A stretch of 64,000 nt of DNA, taken from positions 12,400,001 through 12,464,000 of the forward strand of contig NC_043008.1 of the NCBI RefSeq assembly GCF_006345805.1. Reading direction: 5' to 3'. Position 1 is the stretch's first letter. Each line of letters begins with the position of its first letter. This DNA comes from Octopus sinensis. Taxonomy: Eukaryota. The notes beneath the pieces are model-generated. The model saw nothing but the letters and a program-made list of their open reading frames with translations. It ran no database searches and was not told where the DNA came from. The position numbers were made by a program, and so were the translations under genes. Below are positions 38,261 through 50,160 of the stretch, piece after piece.

Positions 38261-40170
38261 GTTTAACCCCAGGCCAGCTCTGACTGAGCAAACCAATGAT
38301 CCAAGATGCTGCAACCATGACAAGCTTGTCTTATCTTCAGTGAGTATATCTAGGATCATATTACCTAAAGCAGTAGTTCTCAACTGGTTTCCACACGAGC
38401 CTTGGCCCCCACATAGCCCTTGAGTTCCATATCACCCTTTGGGGGTCCACATAAGATTTTGTTGTTAAAATTTATGTGCAATAAAACTGGTCCTGCTTCT
38501 ACAGTGTATGAAATATTTCAACAATTTGTTTTATGCAATTTTGAATATCATTTAATCATAAAACTATAATGTGGACATTTTTGAAACATTGAATCACTAT
38601 GAGGGTCCATCCAAGTGCAATATCAGTGTCTTTTATATGCGAAGGTAGAGCATCTGAACACTATTGGACACTGTCTGCGTGTGTGTGTGTGTGATAGAGA
38701 GAGAGTGAGTGAAGGGGTGTGTTGTCATGTATACGTACATACATAAATAGGCATACATCTTTTTGTATGCTTGCGTGCATGTGTGTGTGTGTGTGTGAAA
38801 GAAGGAGAGAGAGAGAGAGAGAGAGAATGTCACTTAGACATCACTCTCTCTCTCTCTCTCACACACATACATACAAAAAAGATGTATGCATATGTATTTA
38901 TGTATGTACATATACATAACAAAACACCACATCACTCACTCGCACACTCACGCATAGATAAATGTATACAAACGTATATACAAAAACACACACGTGTGTG
39001 TGTGACTGACTACAAATACATAGAGCTGAACATGGCAGGAAAAAGAAGATAAATAAGAATTTTTACAGAAATTAATGAAGTATGCGATTTCAAGCAGAAT
39101 AGTACTCATATTTTTGGGACACCCCATGTTGAATTGCAAAATTTTAAACGTGATATTTGTGCAATAAAGAAATGAAACCTGTAGTGTATGTGTGTGTGAG
39201 TGAGAGAGGGAGGGAGAGAGAGATGGAGAGAGAGGGCATTGCAAATAATGAATGAGATAGACATGGAATGAAAAATAAATCATATAAATAAAAGCACGTT
39301 AAAAACTATCTTGTACCGAATATTTCAATTTGTGAACTTAGTAAATATTTCCTTTAGAAATTTATCGTAGTTGTTTACAAATAGCAAATTAAAACTTGAA
39401 ATGAAAACATTAAAATTAGACGGGAACAGACTTCGCTGTGTCTACATCAATACCGGAAGCTGACACTGAGAAACCTTTTTAAAGAAGTGAATCTAATAAC
39501 ATATAAAATCAAGCAATATTTTTTTTTATTTTTAATTAAAAAAATCAGATGAAGAGCCGATAATTTGTCTGAGGTAGAATTATTCATGCATCAAAAGTAT
39601 GGAAGCAATTGGTAAAGCCGTTTTCATGTGGAAAGTGAATACACATACATCTCTATTTTATATATTATTAGATTTGATATGTGTGTGTGTGTGTGTGTGT
39701 GTATGTAACTTGTTTGGCTTTTGAAGATACTTTGTGAATGTTATCATATATATATAATGTATATAATGGCTGTGATTTTGTTAGTATACTTTTTCAACAT
39801 GCAATATTGGTGTGTAATTCTATATGCTCTCACAAAACCATAATCAACAGACATATCAACACATCCATATGCACATATGTATAATTGCTAAACCATCCAA
39901 ACATAAGTATTATGTTTTCCTTATACATGTAAATATACACTTAAGCATAAAGTATAGGAAAAAAATATATATATAAAGACATATGAAGTGTGTTCAAAAA
40001 GTATCCAACCTTTGAGCAGAAACCCTGTTATGTCACACGTTCGGATGCCTCTACTACTCCTCTCTACTCTGTTCTAGTCCACTCTCTGCTCTGCTCTACT
40101 CAGCTGTGCGCCAACTGCTACTCAGCTGTTCTCTGACAACATCTAGAGTTCTCCTTCTATATCTATATAT

Positions 40171-40480
40171 TGTGGAGGCACATGGCCTAGTGGTAAGAGC
40201 AGCAGACTCATGGTCGAGGGATCACGACTTCGAATCTCAGACCGGGTGAGGTGTGTGTTTATGAGCGAAACACCTAAGCTCCTCACAGCTCCGGCAGAAG
40301 GTAATGGCGAACTTCTACTGACTCTTTCGCTACAACATTCTCTTACTCTTTCCTCCTGCATCTTGCAGCTCGCCTGCGATGGACCGGCGTCCCATCCTGG
40401 TGGGGAACCTATACACCAAGAAACTGGGAAACCGGCCCTTATGAGCCAGGCATGGCTCGAGAAGGAACAAACAAAAACAA
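40171..40480 (+). mobile_element. SINE with family F head/body 2 and tail 2
   Basis: tggaggcacatggcctagtgg...cttcgaatctc; body gagcgaaacacctaagctcc; tail cctgcgatggaccggcgtcccatcctggtggggaa...ccggcccttatgagcc. Confidence 0.85.
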
Positions 40481-40579
40481 AGCAAAAAATATCTACATAT
40501 TGGGCTAGCCTACTTCATCATTTGGAGCGTCCACACAACAAACCCCCACCTGTATTTTGTACATTTCACAAATTTTGTG

Positions 40580-40850
40580 AAAACCACCTTCAAAATACCC
40601 CACTTCAGAGTTCATGCACTTAGGCTAGCAATTTTGCTATTGCTGGTAACACCCCTGGAACATCTTCAGTGGAATGCTATGAGGTTCTGCCATCATTTTT
40701 CTCATAATTTCCTCTCACAGCTCAAATCCCTTCCTTTATAACACACTTTTCAGTTTGGGGAAAAGCCAGAAGTCACATGATGCCATTTTGGGAGAGTAAG
40801 GAGCCTGTTTAACAAATGGTGTGTTGTGTTGTTCTTTGACCAGGAAAGCT
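40580..40850 (-). mobile_element. Mariner transposase C-terminal pseudogene fragment
   Basis: Minus frame QAPYSPKMASCDFWLFPKLKSVL*RKGFEL*EEIMRKMMAEPHSIPLKMFQGCYQQ*QNC*PKCMNSEVGYFEG matches the mariner PYSPDLAPxDFxLFxxLK...YFEG motif. TIR-like gaagtgtgttcaaaaagtatcc at 39983 and acgaggtgcattcaaaaaaagtacccga at 40857. Confidence 0.85.
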
Positions 40851-41129
40851 CAGATAACGAGGTGCATTCAAAAAAAGTACCCGACTTAATATTTTCATCG
40901 ACACTCTTTGCACACACTGGAAGGGTGTCATTACCTCCTAACCACAGGGTTTTGGCCATGCAGCTTTAGTTTTGGCAGGAAGGAAAAAAAGCTGGAAATT
41001 GTTGAATGCATCTGATATACATATGTATAGATATACTATATCAATGCTGTCATACATTTATATGAATGAGTGAGAGAGAAGGAAGGAGAAAAAGAAAGTA
41101 ACAAGAGATCTCTCTAAATGAATAAGTAT

Positions 41130-41244
41130 GCCATATATATATACATATTTATTGTGTATGTATATGTATATATATGTGTATGTGTGTATGTTTATGTATA
41201 TATATGTGTATGTGTGTGTATATATATACATATATCTATATATG

Positions 41245-41288
<44 letters not shown>

Positions 41289-41506
41289 TATGTATATATA
41301 CACATATATACATATATGTATATACATATATATATATTTATGTATATACATACATATATATATAAATATATATATATCTATACACACATATATATATATA
41401 TAAATACACACATACATATATACACACACACACACACACATATATATATAATATATATATATCTATACACACATATATATATATATAAATACACACATAC
41501 ATATAT

Positions 41507-41553
<47 letters not shown>

Positions 41554-41590
41554 CCTGTGTGTATGTATATATCTGTATGTATACATTTTG
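41130..41590. repeat. (TA)n/(CA)n compound microsatellite
   Basis: Direct reading. Confidence 0.95.
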
Positions 41591-43369
41591 ATTATATCTT
41601 TGCACAATTTTCTTCTCCTAGAATATACATATAATTTTCTAGCAATTTTTTTTTCATATCTTTTAACCTTCAGAAGTCAAATTTCACTCAACACCATTCT
41701 CCAATCCATGGCATCACTAAATCTATACATGTCTACTCAATTATATCGCTAAAGGCTTGCAATCGTTACTGCCAAGCAGATTCTTTCTGCTTCTGCCAAA
41801 ATCAATAGTTCAGAAACATTGATATCCATTATAAGACTATTTCCAATACTGCATTGCCACCTTACACCCCATATATCGATTATTTTATTTATTTATTTAT
41901 TATTTTCTTATTTTTGGCTTTTTTTCGTTTTTCTACTTGTTTTTTTTTTAGGATTTATTATTTTTTTCCAAATATTTGTGCTTGTGCTCATGTTAATTTT
42001 CGTGTCGTGTGTTGATGTTTTTCTCTATGCTTGCTTATATGTAAATATGCAGCTTCACACACACACACACACATACCCACATACACACACACACACATGC
42101 GTGCATGTATGCACATGTGCACGGTTACAAACACATGCATAGTTACACATCTGTCTTTTTTGTTGCATTTTTTTTAACTACTTTGATATTTTCAAAGAAG
42201 ATTTATTTAAGAGTGAAGCCTTAATCTTTGGAATCTCTGATTGAAACACAGAAAACGGAGAAGGAAACGGTATATAAATGAACTTTAATAGTAAAAAAAA
42301 AAAAGGCAAGAAAGAAAAAGCAGTAATCACAAATTTTTATTGTCTAATTAAGCAGATAACATTGAGAAACATCAAATACATAATAGAATTCCAAAGTTCC
42401 AAAGTGATAATTCCTGATTAGAATCCACAACAATCGCAACAGAAATATATAAGTTCAAGAAATAAATAAATAAATAAATAGAGGAATGGAATGAAATGGA
42501 ATGAAAGAAACCGTAACAGAAAAACTACTCTTTGACAAAAAAACAGGGCAAATTATAATTCCAGTATTTTGTGTTTTGTTATTTCGTGTGTGTGTTTGTA
42601 TGTGTGTGTGTTTGTGTATGTGCATGTGTGTGTGTGTTTGTGTGTGCGTGCGTGTGTTTGTGTGTTTGTGTGTGTGTGTGTGTCTGCTTAATGAGGATCT
42701 TAATAGTCTTAAAAGTGTGTGTGTTTTTGTGTGCGTGTGTGTGTGTGTGTTTGTGTGTGTCTGTGTGTCTGCTTAATGAGGATCTTAATAATCAAACAGA
42801 AATTGACTAAATTTTTCGCCCACTTTTATTAAAACAACAAATAACAATACCGTAAAAGAATTTTACCAAGATTATGTGTGTACTTTCGAAGAACAATTAT
42901 CTCAATCGACACATCATAAGATGCTTCTCCATGCGGAATTTCATATATTGTAAATGGTTCTACAAACATTAATGTGATTGTTGAATATATTTTACAGTTT
43001 TACGGTTTTCCGAACTGTAACAGCTAAATACAACATCCCATTAACGGTAACAACAATGAGGTTTGTGAATCGATACAAAATAATGTGTCTAATAGGTACT
43101 TAAGTACATTAGTATGCATTTATATGTTTTTTCTGTAAAAAGGTGTAGGAGATGGAGTTACATGGTAGGGTTCAGTTAACATTGCTTAACATCCTTTTTT
43201 CGATGCTAGTATGTGTTGGACGGCTTGGATAAGATCTGGCAAACGGCAAGCTGTGACAAGCTCCGGTATCAGATTTGGTGTGGTTTCTACAATTAAGTGG
43301 TAAGTGGTCCTAAAGAATATTATTAAATGGTTTGAAGAACTGCTAGCGATTAAGTGTACTCTTAATCGC

Positions 43370-43970
43370 TATTTCTTTACAACCCACAAGGGGCTAAACA
43401 CAGAGGGGACAAACAAGGACAGACAAATGGATTAAGTCGATTGCATTGACCCCAGTGCATAACTGGTACTTATTTAATTGACCCCGAAAGGATGAAAGGC
43501 AAAGTCGACCTTGGTGGAATTTGAAATCAGAACGTAGCAGCAGAGGAAATACCTATTTCTTTACTACCCCCAAGGGGCTAAACACAGAAGGGGAAAACAA
43601 GGACAGACAAACGGATTAAGTCGATTATATCGACTCCAGTGTGTAACTGGTACTTATTTAATTGACCTCGAAAGGATGAAAGGCAAAGTCGACTTCAGCG
43701 GAATTTGAACTCAGAATGTAACGGCAGATGAAATACCTATTTCTTTACTACCCACAAGGGGCTAAACATAGAGGGGACAAACAAGGACAGACAAACGGAT
43801 TAAGTCGATTACATCAACCCCAGTGCATAACTGGTACTTATTTAATCGACCCTGAAAGTATGAAAGGCAAAGTTGACCTTGACGGAATTTGAACTCAGAA
43901 CGTAGCAGCAGATGAAATACCAGTAAGCATTTTGCCTGGTGTGCTAACGATTCTGCCAGCTCACCGCCTT
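43370..43970 (-). mobile_element. SINE family C head-to-tail trimer
   Basis: Three ~185-bp units starting at about 43371, 43556 and 43740; the full tRNA head is only on the rightmost unit. Confidence 0.92.
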
Positions 43971-44219
43971 AGAGAAGCAGCTCATTATAATAGAGCTGAC
44001 ATTGACACTCAGTGGTTGGTTCATTTGGGACTGGTTATACTGAGGCAATCTACGTCTATGTAGCTCATCTTTACCCATTGTACAATAGCAATTAGCAACA
44101 CAAACTATGACGAAGCCATCACTGAAATTAATGACAGCCTCTGTATTGTTACCTTCAAATGGGTTGTCTTCTTTAAATTTAAGCCACAAATAATTAGGAA
44201 ATGAGTTCTATTTCTCTCT

Positions 44220-44849
44220 TTCTCTTTTTCTTGTTTCAGTCATTTGACTGTGGCCATGCTGGAGCACCACCTTTAATCGAGCAACTCGACCCCGGGACTT
44301 ATTCTTTGTAAGCCCAGTACTTATTTAATCGGTCTCTTTTGCCGAACCACTAAGTGATGGGGACATAGACATACCAGCATTGGTTGTCAAGCAATACAAG
44401 GGGGACAAACACAGACACACAAACACACACGCACATATATATATATAGATAGATATATACAATGGGCTTCTTTCAGTTTCCGTCTACCAAATCCACTCAC
44501 AAGGCTTTGGTCGGCCCAAGGCTATAGTAGAAGACACTTGCCTAAGGTGCCACGCAGTGGGACTGAACCCGGAACCATGTGGTAGGAGAGTCCAGTTTGC
44601 TGGACATTGTTGTAGAGCTGAAAAAGAAGTAATTTCTACTCTTCTCCTCTGGAAGCCATCTACTTACAATACCAGAGGGCGCACACTCTCCTACCCTGAT
44701 GTAATCTCCAGGGATACAGGCATCCAGCAACAGGACCTCCGTAATGCCATGATGGACCGTGAAGTCTGGCGTAGCATGGTAAATTCCATTGTCTCGACCA
44801 CGGTCGAACAATGATGATGATGAAGCTACTTACCACACAGCCACTCCTG
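44220..44849 (-). mobile_element. SINE family A interrupted in its head by an RTE fragment
   Basis: A sequence 44220-44583 resumes at 44823 (aagctacttaccacacagccactcctg). Confidence 0.9.
44584..44822 (+). mobile_element. 5'-truncated RTE LINE 3' end, uninterrupted frame, (GAT)n tail
   Basis: RRVQFAGHCCRAEKEVISTLLLWKPSTYNTRGRTLSYPDVISRDTGIQQQDLRNAMMDREVWRSMVNSIVSTTVEQ* then tgatgatg; RTE C-terminal FAGH...RGR...DR.VWR pattern. Confidence 0.92.
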
Positions 44850-46817
44850 TGTTTTAAAATAAAACTGCCAGGAGGTTTTGCAGTTTTGAAAGTGATGACA
44901 AATTAATGCTTCCGTCATTGTTATTCCAACTAACCTTCATTTTGTGACAGATGTTGATAGATGACATTGGTTTCGTTTCACTGGCTGATGTCAACTTGTT
45001 TGCATTATTGCAATAACATGCTGTGATTTTTTCTTTAAGCAATTAACCTTAAAATCCAGGTGGATTATTTTAAGAAAACGTAATTGCAAAGAAAACATTT
45101 CCTGTGCTGGAAGTCAGGTTAACTGGTTTAGCTTGAGTGAGGTAACCACACTGGTGAATAAGATTTCGACAGAGTGTTAATCAGCAGTTATAGACAGGTA
45201 TTTTAGAATAGGGTTTATTTATTAAGAAGAGAGAAAAACTTCTCTTCTCTTCAATATTACATATTTTGCAGGTGAATATCATGCAAACATCATGGTTTTT
45301 AATAAACTGAAGAATATATTGAATCACCAAACATGCACGTCTTGAAATTAAATTCTAAACTTCAACAATAGGCTAGTTCAATATTAAAAAAAAGTCATTT
45401 CTTTAAAAAATATATAAAAAAAGAAGTAATGTTTTGAATTATGATTTCAACCAGCAGAAACCATTCCAAAGCAAATGGAAAAAAACATACAATAGACATG
45501 AATTACTAAGTTTTGAGATTTGACAATATTTAAAATCTTTTAAAAACAGGTTTTCTGGATTTTCTAGGGATAGTCACTCATTCAAAATCCAAATAGAATC
45601 TTTTGTTAATTTCTCTGTGATGGCGAGAAGAGGAAAGTCTGTTTGCTTCCAATAAAGATCCTATTATTCAAGAAATAGCCCCAAAACATGACACCTGTGA
45701 ATCGTATCCAAAATGCATCAAATAAACATTTCCTTTGTTTGAAATAAACTGAGTCGTGGTAGCATTTTTCATTGTTCGTTTTTGTATTTAGTTTGCAAGA
45801 TTCTTGATGTAAACTTAGGTGTTGAATCATATTTTGTTGTATCTTGGGAGGGTCATTATGCCAATAATAAACACATGCACTGGTTATCTTTCACTTCTTA
45901 AGAGAATAAAGAATTCCAACCGCATCCAATTTTGACCCCTACTCCTCTACCGATTCCAATGTGGCGGGGCCCCACCTTTTGGAGCTGTCTTCTGCTCTGG
46001 TGTTGAGTGCATTTTTTTCGTCACTCAGGTGGTTTTAGCAACAACAATGCTCATGCTAAAAAAGTGTTTTTATGTGTTACTTGCACAGGAGCCAGTCCAG
46101 TGGCACTGGCAACGACCACACTCAAATGCTGTTTTTCACATGTCGCTGGCACATGTGCCAGTAAGGCGACACTGACAATGATCACACTCAAATAGTGCAT
46201 ACTTACGACATAAATATTAGAATCATTTTAATTCACCGTAAAGCATTCATCAAATATTTCTGGTCATGATTTAGTCTTAGAAAATCAATATACTTCAGGC
46301 ATATTACCTTTGTTCTGAAGACAGGCGTTTGTTGAGGAACTTCTGGCTGCTATATCGATCAGGTTATTTGTTTGTGGATGTAAGTCTGGTTAGAACATAC
46401 AACGAGATTGCATATGAATACAAAAATTAATAAAGCAGCAATAATAGATAAAAAGCAAGTAACACTATGTTCCAAGTGTATTTTTCTCCCATTCCATTAC
46501 ATAATCAGAAGAAATGTTAAATTCAATATTAACAAAAACATCAATCAATAAAAACAAAGGAAATGTTTTTTCTACATATGTGATAAATATCTTAATATAT
46601 TTTACACTCCTATTATAGCCATCAATATCTGGAAAAAACCAAAAAAAAAACGTTGCTGTCTACCTCTGCTAAAATCTATTTCTATCCTGTTTCATTTTTC
46701 ACGTGACTCTTCATATTTCTTATGTAACTCTAGGCTTTCCCCAGCATATGATATATGAAATACAGCCAGGTTTATACACTTCACTGACATATAATTTGCT
46801 AACATAGCAACATTTAT

Positions 46818-47147
46818 TTTATATTTAAGAGACAAGGAATTATGTACATCATTTACATTATTTATATTATTTATATTTGACGGATATTTGTCCTCATCTT
46901 GTTTGTTGTTAACTCAACGTTTCGGCTGATATACCCTCCAGCCTTCATCGGGTGTCTTGGGGAAATTTCGAACCTGGGTTCTCATGCCTAAGGTATTTTG
47001 TGATGTTATTATTATTCAGGTTACTGCCTGGAATCGAACTCGGAATCTTGGGGTTAATAGCCAGACTCTTAGCCACTATGCCATATGCCCACAGTTAAGA
47101 GTGCAGGCTACTAATCCCAAGATTCCAAGTTTGATTCCAGGCAGTGA

Positions 47148-47218
<71 letters not shown>

Positions 47219-47261
47219 TCGAAAAATACCTTAGGAATTAGAACTAAGGTTCGAAATTTCC
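46818..47261. mobile_element. tRNA-head/(AAT)n/hammerhead element, inverted pair, copy 2
   Basis: Full minus copy 46818-47090 and 5'-clipped, 3'-truncated plus copy 47093-47261, joined head to head. Confidence 0.9.
46911..46956 (-). ncRNA. Minimal type I hammerhead ribozyme motif (Penelope type)
   Basis: Reverse complement gacac-CCGATGA-a-ggctg-gagggtatat-cagcc-GAAA-cgtt-gagtt. Palindromic AACGTT in place of helix III; U4 is C in this copy. Confidence 0.7.
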
Positions 47262-47415
47262 TCCTTATATCAACCCCAGCATATAATTTATCGGCCCCGA
47301 AAGGATGAAAAGCAAAGTCGACCTCAGCGGAATTTGAACTCAGAACGTAACGGCAGACAAAATATGGCTACGCATCTCGCCCGGCGTGCTAACGTTTCTG
47401 CCAACTCACCGCCAT
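47262..47415 (-). mobile_element. SINE family C, 5' part
   Basis: cccgaaaggatgaaaagcaaagtcgacctc...gtgctaacgtttctgccaactcaccgcc. Confidence 0.9.
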
Positions 47416-47929
47416 CAGGAGTAGGGTATCACCAACAAATGGTGGATGCTGTGTGACACTGTTGTAGTGCAGTCACCCATACAGTACAGTTTATTTATTT
47501 GGTGATGTTGTTCTCGAGATACCTCAAGCTTGTTTCATAAACTGACAAAGATTTTATCGGTGCCAACAACAGCAACAACTAGAATATGATTCTTGAGTGA
47601 TACCTAACTAGTAATCAATAATGTGAACTGAAAATAAATCAATGTTAAAATAATCGATGATGGAACATTTCCATTAATTGTTTTGGCTTGTCTGAGACAA
47701 AGTATCTAAAGTAAAGAACTGCTATCCTAGCATCTACAACTTATATGGATCATACATAGGACAATGGAATCGTCGTATTGGACAACTAAACCAATATTTT
47801 GGGTCAAGCAATTCCAATAACGTGATTCTTGTCTCAGATATCTGACCCAGACAGTGTTGACAAGTGATTAAATTGCAGTAAACTAACGAAGTTCTTTCTA
47901 TTGCGATCATTGATCTCAAACATATTCAG

Positions 47930-48100
47930 ACAGGAGTGGCTGTGTGGTAAGTAGCTTGCTTAACCAACCACATGGTTCCAGGTTCAGTCCCACTGCGTGG
48001 CATCTTGGGCAAGTGTCTTCTACTATAGCCTCGGGCCGGCCAAAGCCTTGTAAGTGGATTTGGTAAACGGAAACTGAAAGAAGGCCATCATATATATATG

Positions 48101-48149
<49 letters not shown>

Positions 48150-48600
48150 CTATGTATGTATGTATGTATATATGTATGTATGTATTGGCTGTGTGGTAAG
48201 TAGCTTGCTTACCAACCACATGGTTCCAGGTTCAGTCCCACTGCATGGCATCTTGGGCAAATGTCTTCTACTATAGCCTTGGGCCAACCAAAACCTTGTG
48301 AGTGGATTTGGTAGACGGAAACTGAAAGAAGCCCGTCGTATATATGTATATATACATGTACGTGTGTGTATATGTTGGTGTATCTGTGTTTGTCCCCCTA
48401 GCATTGCTTGACAAACAATGCTGGTGTGTTTACGTCCCCGTAACTTAGCAGTTCGGCAAAAGAGACCGATAGGATAAGTACTGGGCTTACAAAGAATAAG
48501 TCCCGGGGTCAATTTGCTCAACTAAAGGCAGTGCCCCAGCATGGCCGCAGTCAAATGACTGAAACAAATAAAAGAGATAAAAGAGTAAAAGAGACAAAAC
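47930..48600 (+). mobile_element. Two tandem SINE A copies (5' half plus full length)
   Basis: Heads at about 47932 and 48187; 3' end at about 48590. Confidence 0.9.
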
Positions 48601-48639
48601 ACTGTTAAACAGCCAATCGGCAGATGATTGTATATAATT

Positions 48640-49075
48640 AATCCACCCATCCATCCATCCAACCACCAAGTTTTGCATTCACTGTTCCTGAGAGGGTTGT
48701 TTGGGTTGCATCCTTATTTGTTTCCTCTTAAGGAGTCAATCAGAAACAGCTGCTGTTACACATTTTCTGCTGGATTCCCAAGCCTGATAGTTTGAAACTA
48801 TGGATATCATCCAGCCATTTCATTCTTGGTTTATTCCTAGATCTCTTGTGCATTGATTCGACTTAAAGAATCCATTTTGTGATTCTTCCCAGCAACATTC
48901 TAACCACATGTCTGTGACTACTACATGTAGAGAAGCAGTGACTCGACCTGAGACATTCCTTGATTTCCAGGCTGTTCACTTTGTTGAGTAACTTTATTCC
49001 GGAGATCCTTTGGAGGAATCCCAATCTGACCACTCATATCCGTGATCATACTCTTTCAGACATTACTTAACATCT
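48640..49075 (-). mobile_element. RTE (Expander/Rex3-like) LINE 3' end, decayed
   Basis: SERV*SRI*VVRLGFLQRISGIKLLNKVNSLEIKECLR...HVVRM...RSRNKPRMKWLDDI; (GGAT)n tail at 48645-48660 on the minus strand. Confidence 0.8.
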
Positions 49076-49259
49076 ATTTGACCTTAGAAGAGGACAAGCA
49101 TGGAATCAGAATTGAAGATAGCAAGTTAGGCATTTTTTACCAAACTCTTTTCTTCTAAGGTAAAAAATGCTGAAATGGCACATTACTCTACCAATAACTG
49201 CAATTCTAGTGTCTGATTCTAAATTATTTTAGTGGCAGTGGTGATAAAAGTCATAGCAG

Positions 49260-49451
49260 TTATCATCATCATCATCATCATCATCCGCTTTCTATACTAG
49301 CATGGGTTGGACGATTTTGACTGAGGGCTGGCGAACCAGATGGCTGCACCAGGCTCCAATCTTGATTTGGCAGAGTTTCTATAGCTGGATGCCCTTCCTA
49401 ACGCCAACCACTCCGGGAGTGTAGTGGGTGCTTTTTACGTGCCACCGGCAG
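49260..49451 (-). mobile_element. Family D copy
   Basis: (CAT)n tail, ggatgcccttcctaacgccaaccac core. Confidence 0.9.
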
Positions 49452-49659
49452 TAATGCTGATAAATTGCTTTTTGTAGAAGATTTCTAAAATTCAGAAAAG
49501 CATTTTCTAAATACATTTCTCTCGGTACTTTTTTAGTATCAGTCTGCACTGCATACCACATCACTACAATAAGTGCTTACAGGTGTTAAATTCTTATACC
49601 AAACAGGTAAATCTTATCTGTATTTTCTCCCACTCACATAAAAAGACATTTATTATTAT

Positions 49660-49955
49660 CATTGATTTGACTCAGGTTCGAACTTATTCCTGGTAGGACT
49701 TATGTGGATAGCAGGTTACTACTACCTGTGACCCGAGGTCTCCACAAGCTTTCAATAGTCTTTCAAATGTTAAAAACTTTCCTGATAATCTTTGCTGTTC
49801 CAAAGAGACAAACTTTCCATAGAAGCTCTACAGGACATTCTATTCCAACCTCCTTCAACCTTTTTTTTTATATATTTGCCTACGGTTCTCAATGCACCGA
49901 TTATTAAAGGTACAACATTTACACTTTCCATACACCTTCTCATAGTCATAAAAGT
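49660..49955 (-). mobile_element. RLE-class (R4/Dong-like) LINE 3' end, flanked by ~155-bp direct repeats
   Basis: MRRCMESVNVVPLIIGALRTV / LKEVGIECPVELLWKVCLFGTAKIIRKVF* matches the VVP-x-V-I-G-A-L-G...L-G-T-A-x-I-x-R-K-V-L C-terminus; ends in gataataat. Confidence 0.85.
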
Positions 49956-50125
49956 ATTTACTAAATACATTTTTCTCGGTACTTTTCTTCATGTCAGTCT
50001 GTACCGTGCACCAAATCACTACAATAAGTGCTTACAGGTGTTAAACTCTTATGCCAAACAGGTAAATCTAATCTGCATTTTTACCCATTCACACATATAA
50101 AAACACATTTATTATCATCATCATA

Positions 50126-50160
<35 letters not shown>

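Noticed and set aside
38370-38620. hAT-like terminal motifs (cagtagttctcaac here; cagtgtttcccaac at 9753; caggggctggattaag at 55165)
   Set aside because: Only one end is visible in each case, with no matching TIR or 8-bp TSD.
43370-43970. CRISPR-like or satellite interpretation of the regular arrays here and at 20064-20839
   Set aside because: Units are whole SINE segments without unique spacers, in eukaryotic context with no cas genes.
47700-47850. IYNLYGSYIGQWNRR, superficially GIY-YIG-like
   Set aside because: Spacing is wrong and the downstream H, E and N motifs are absent.
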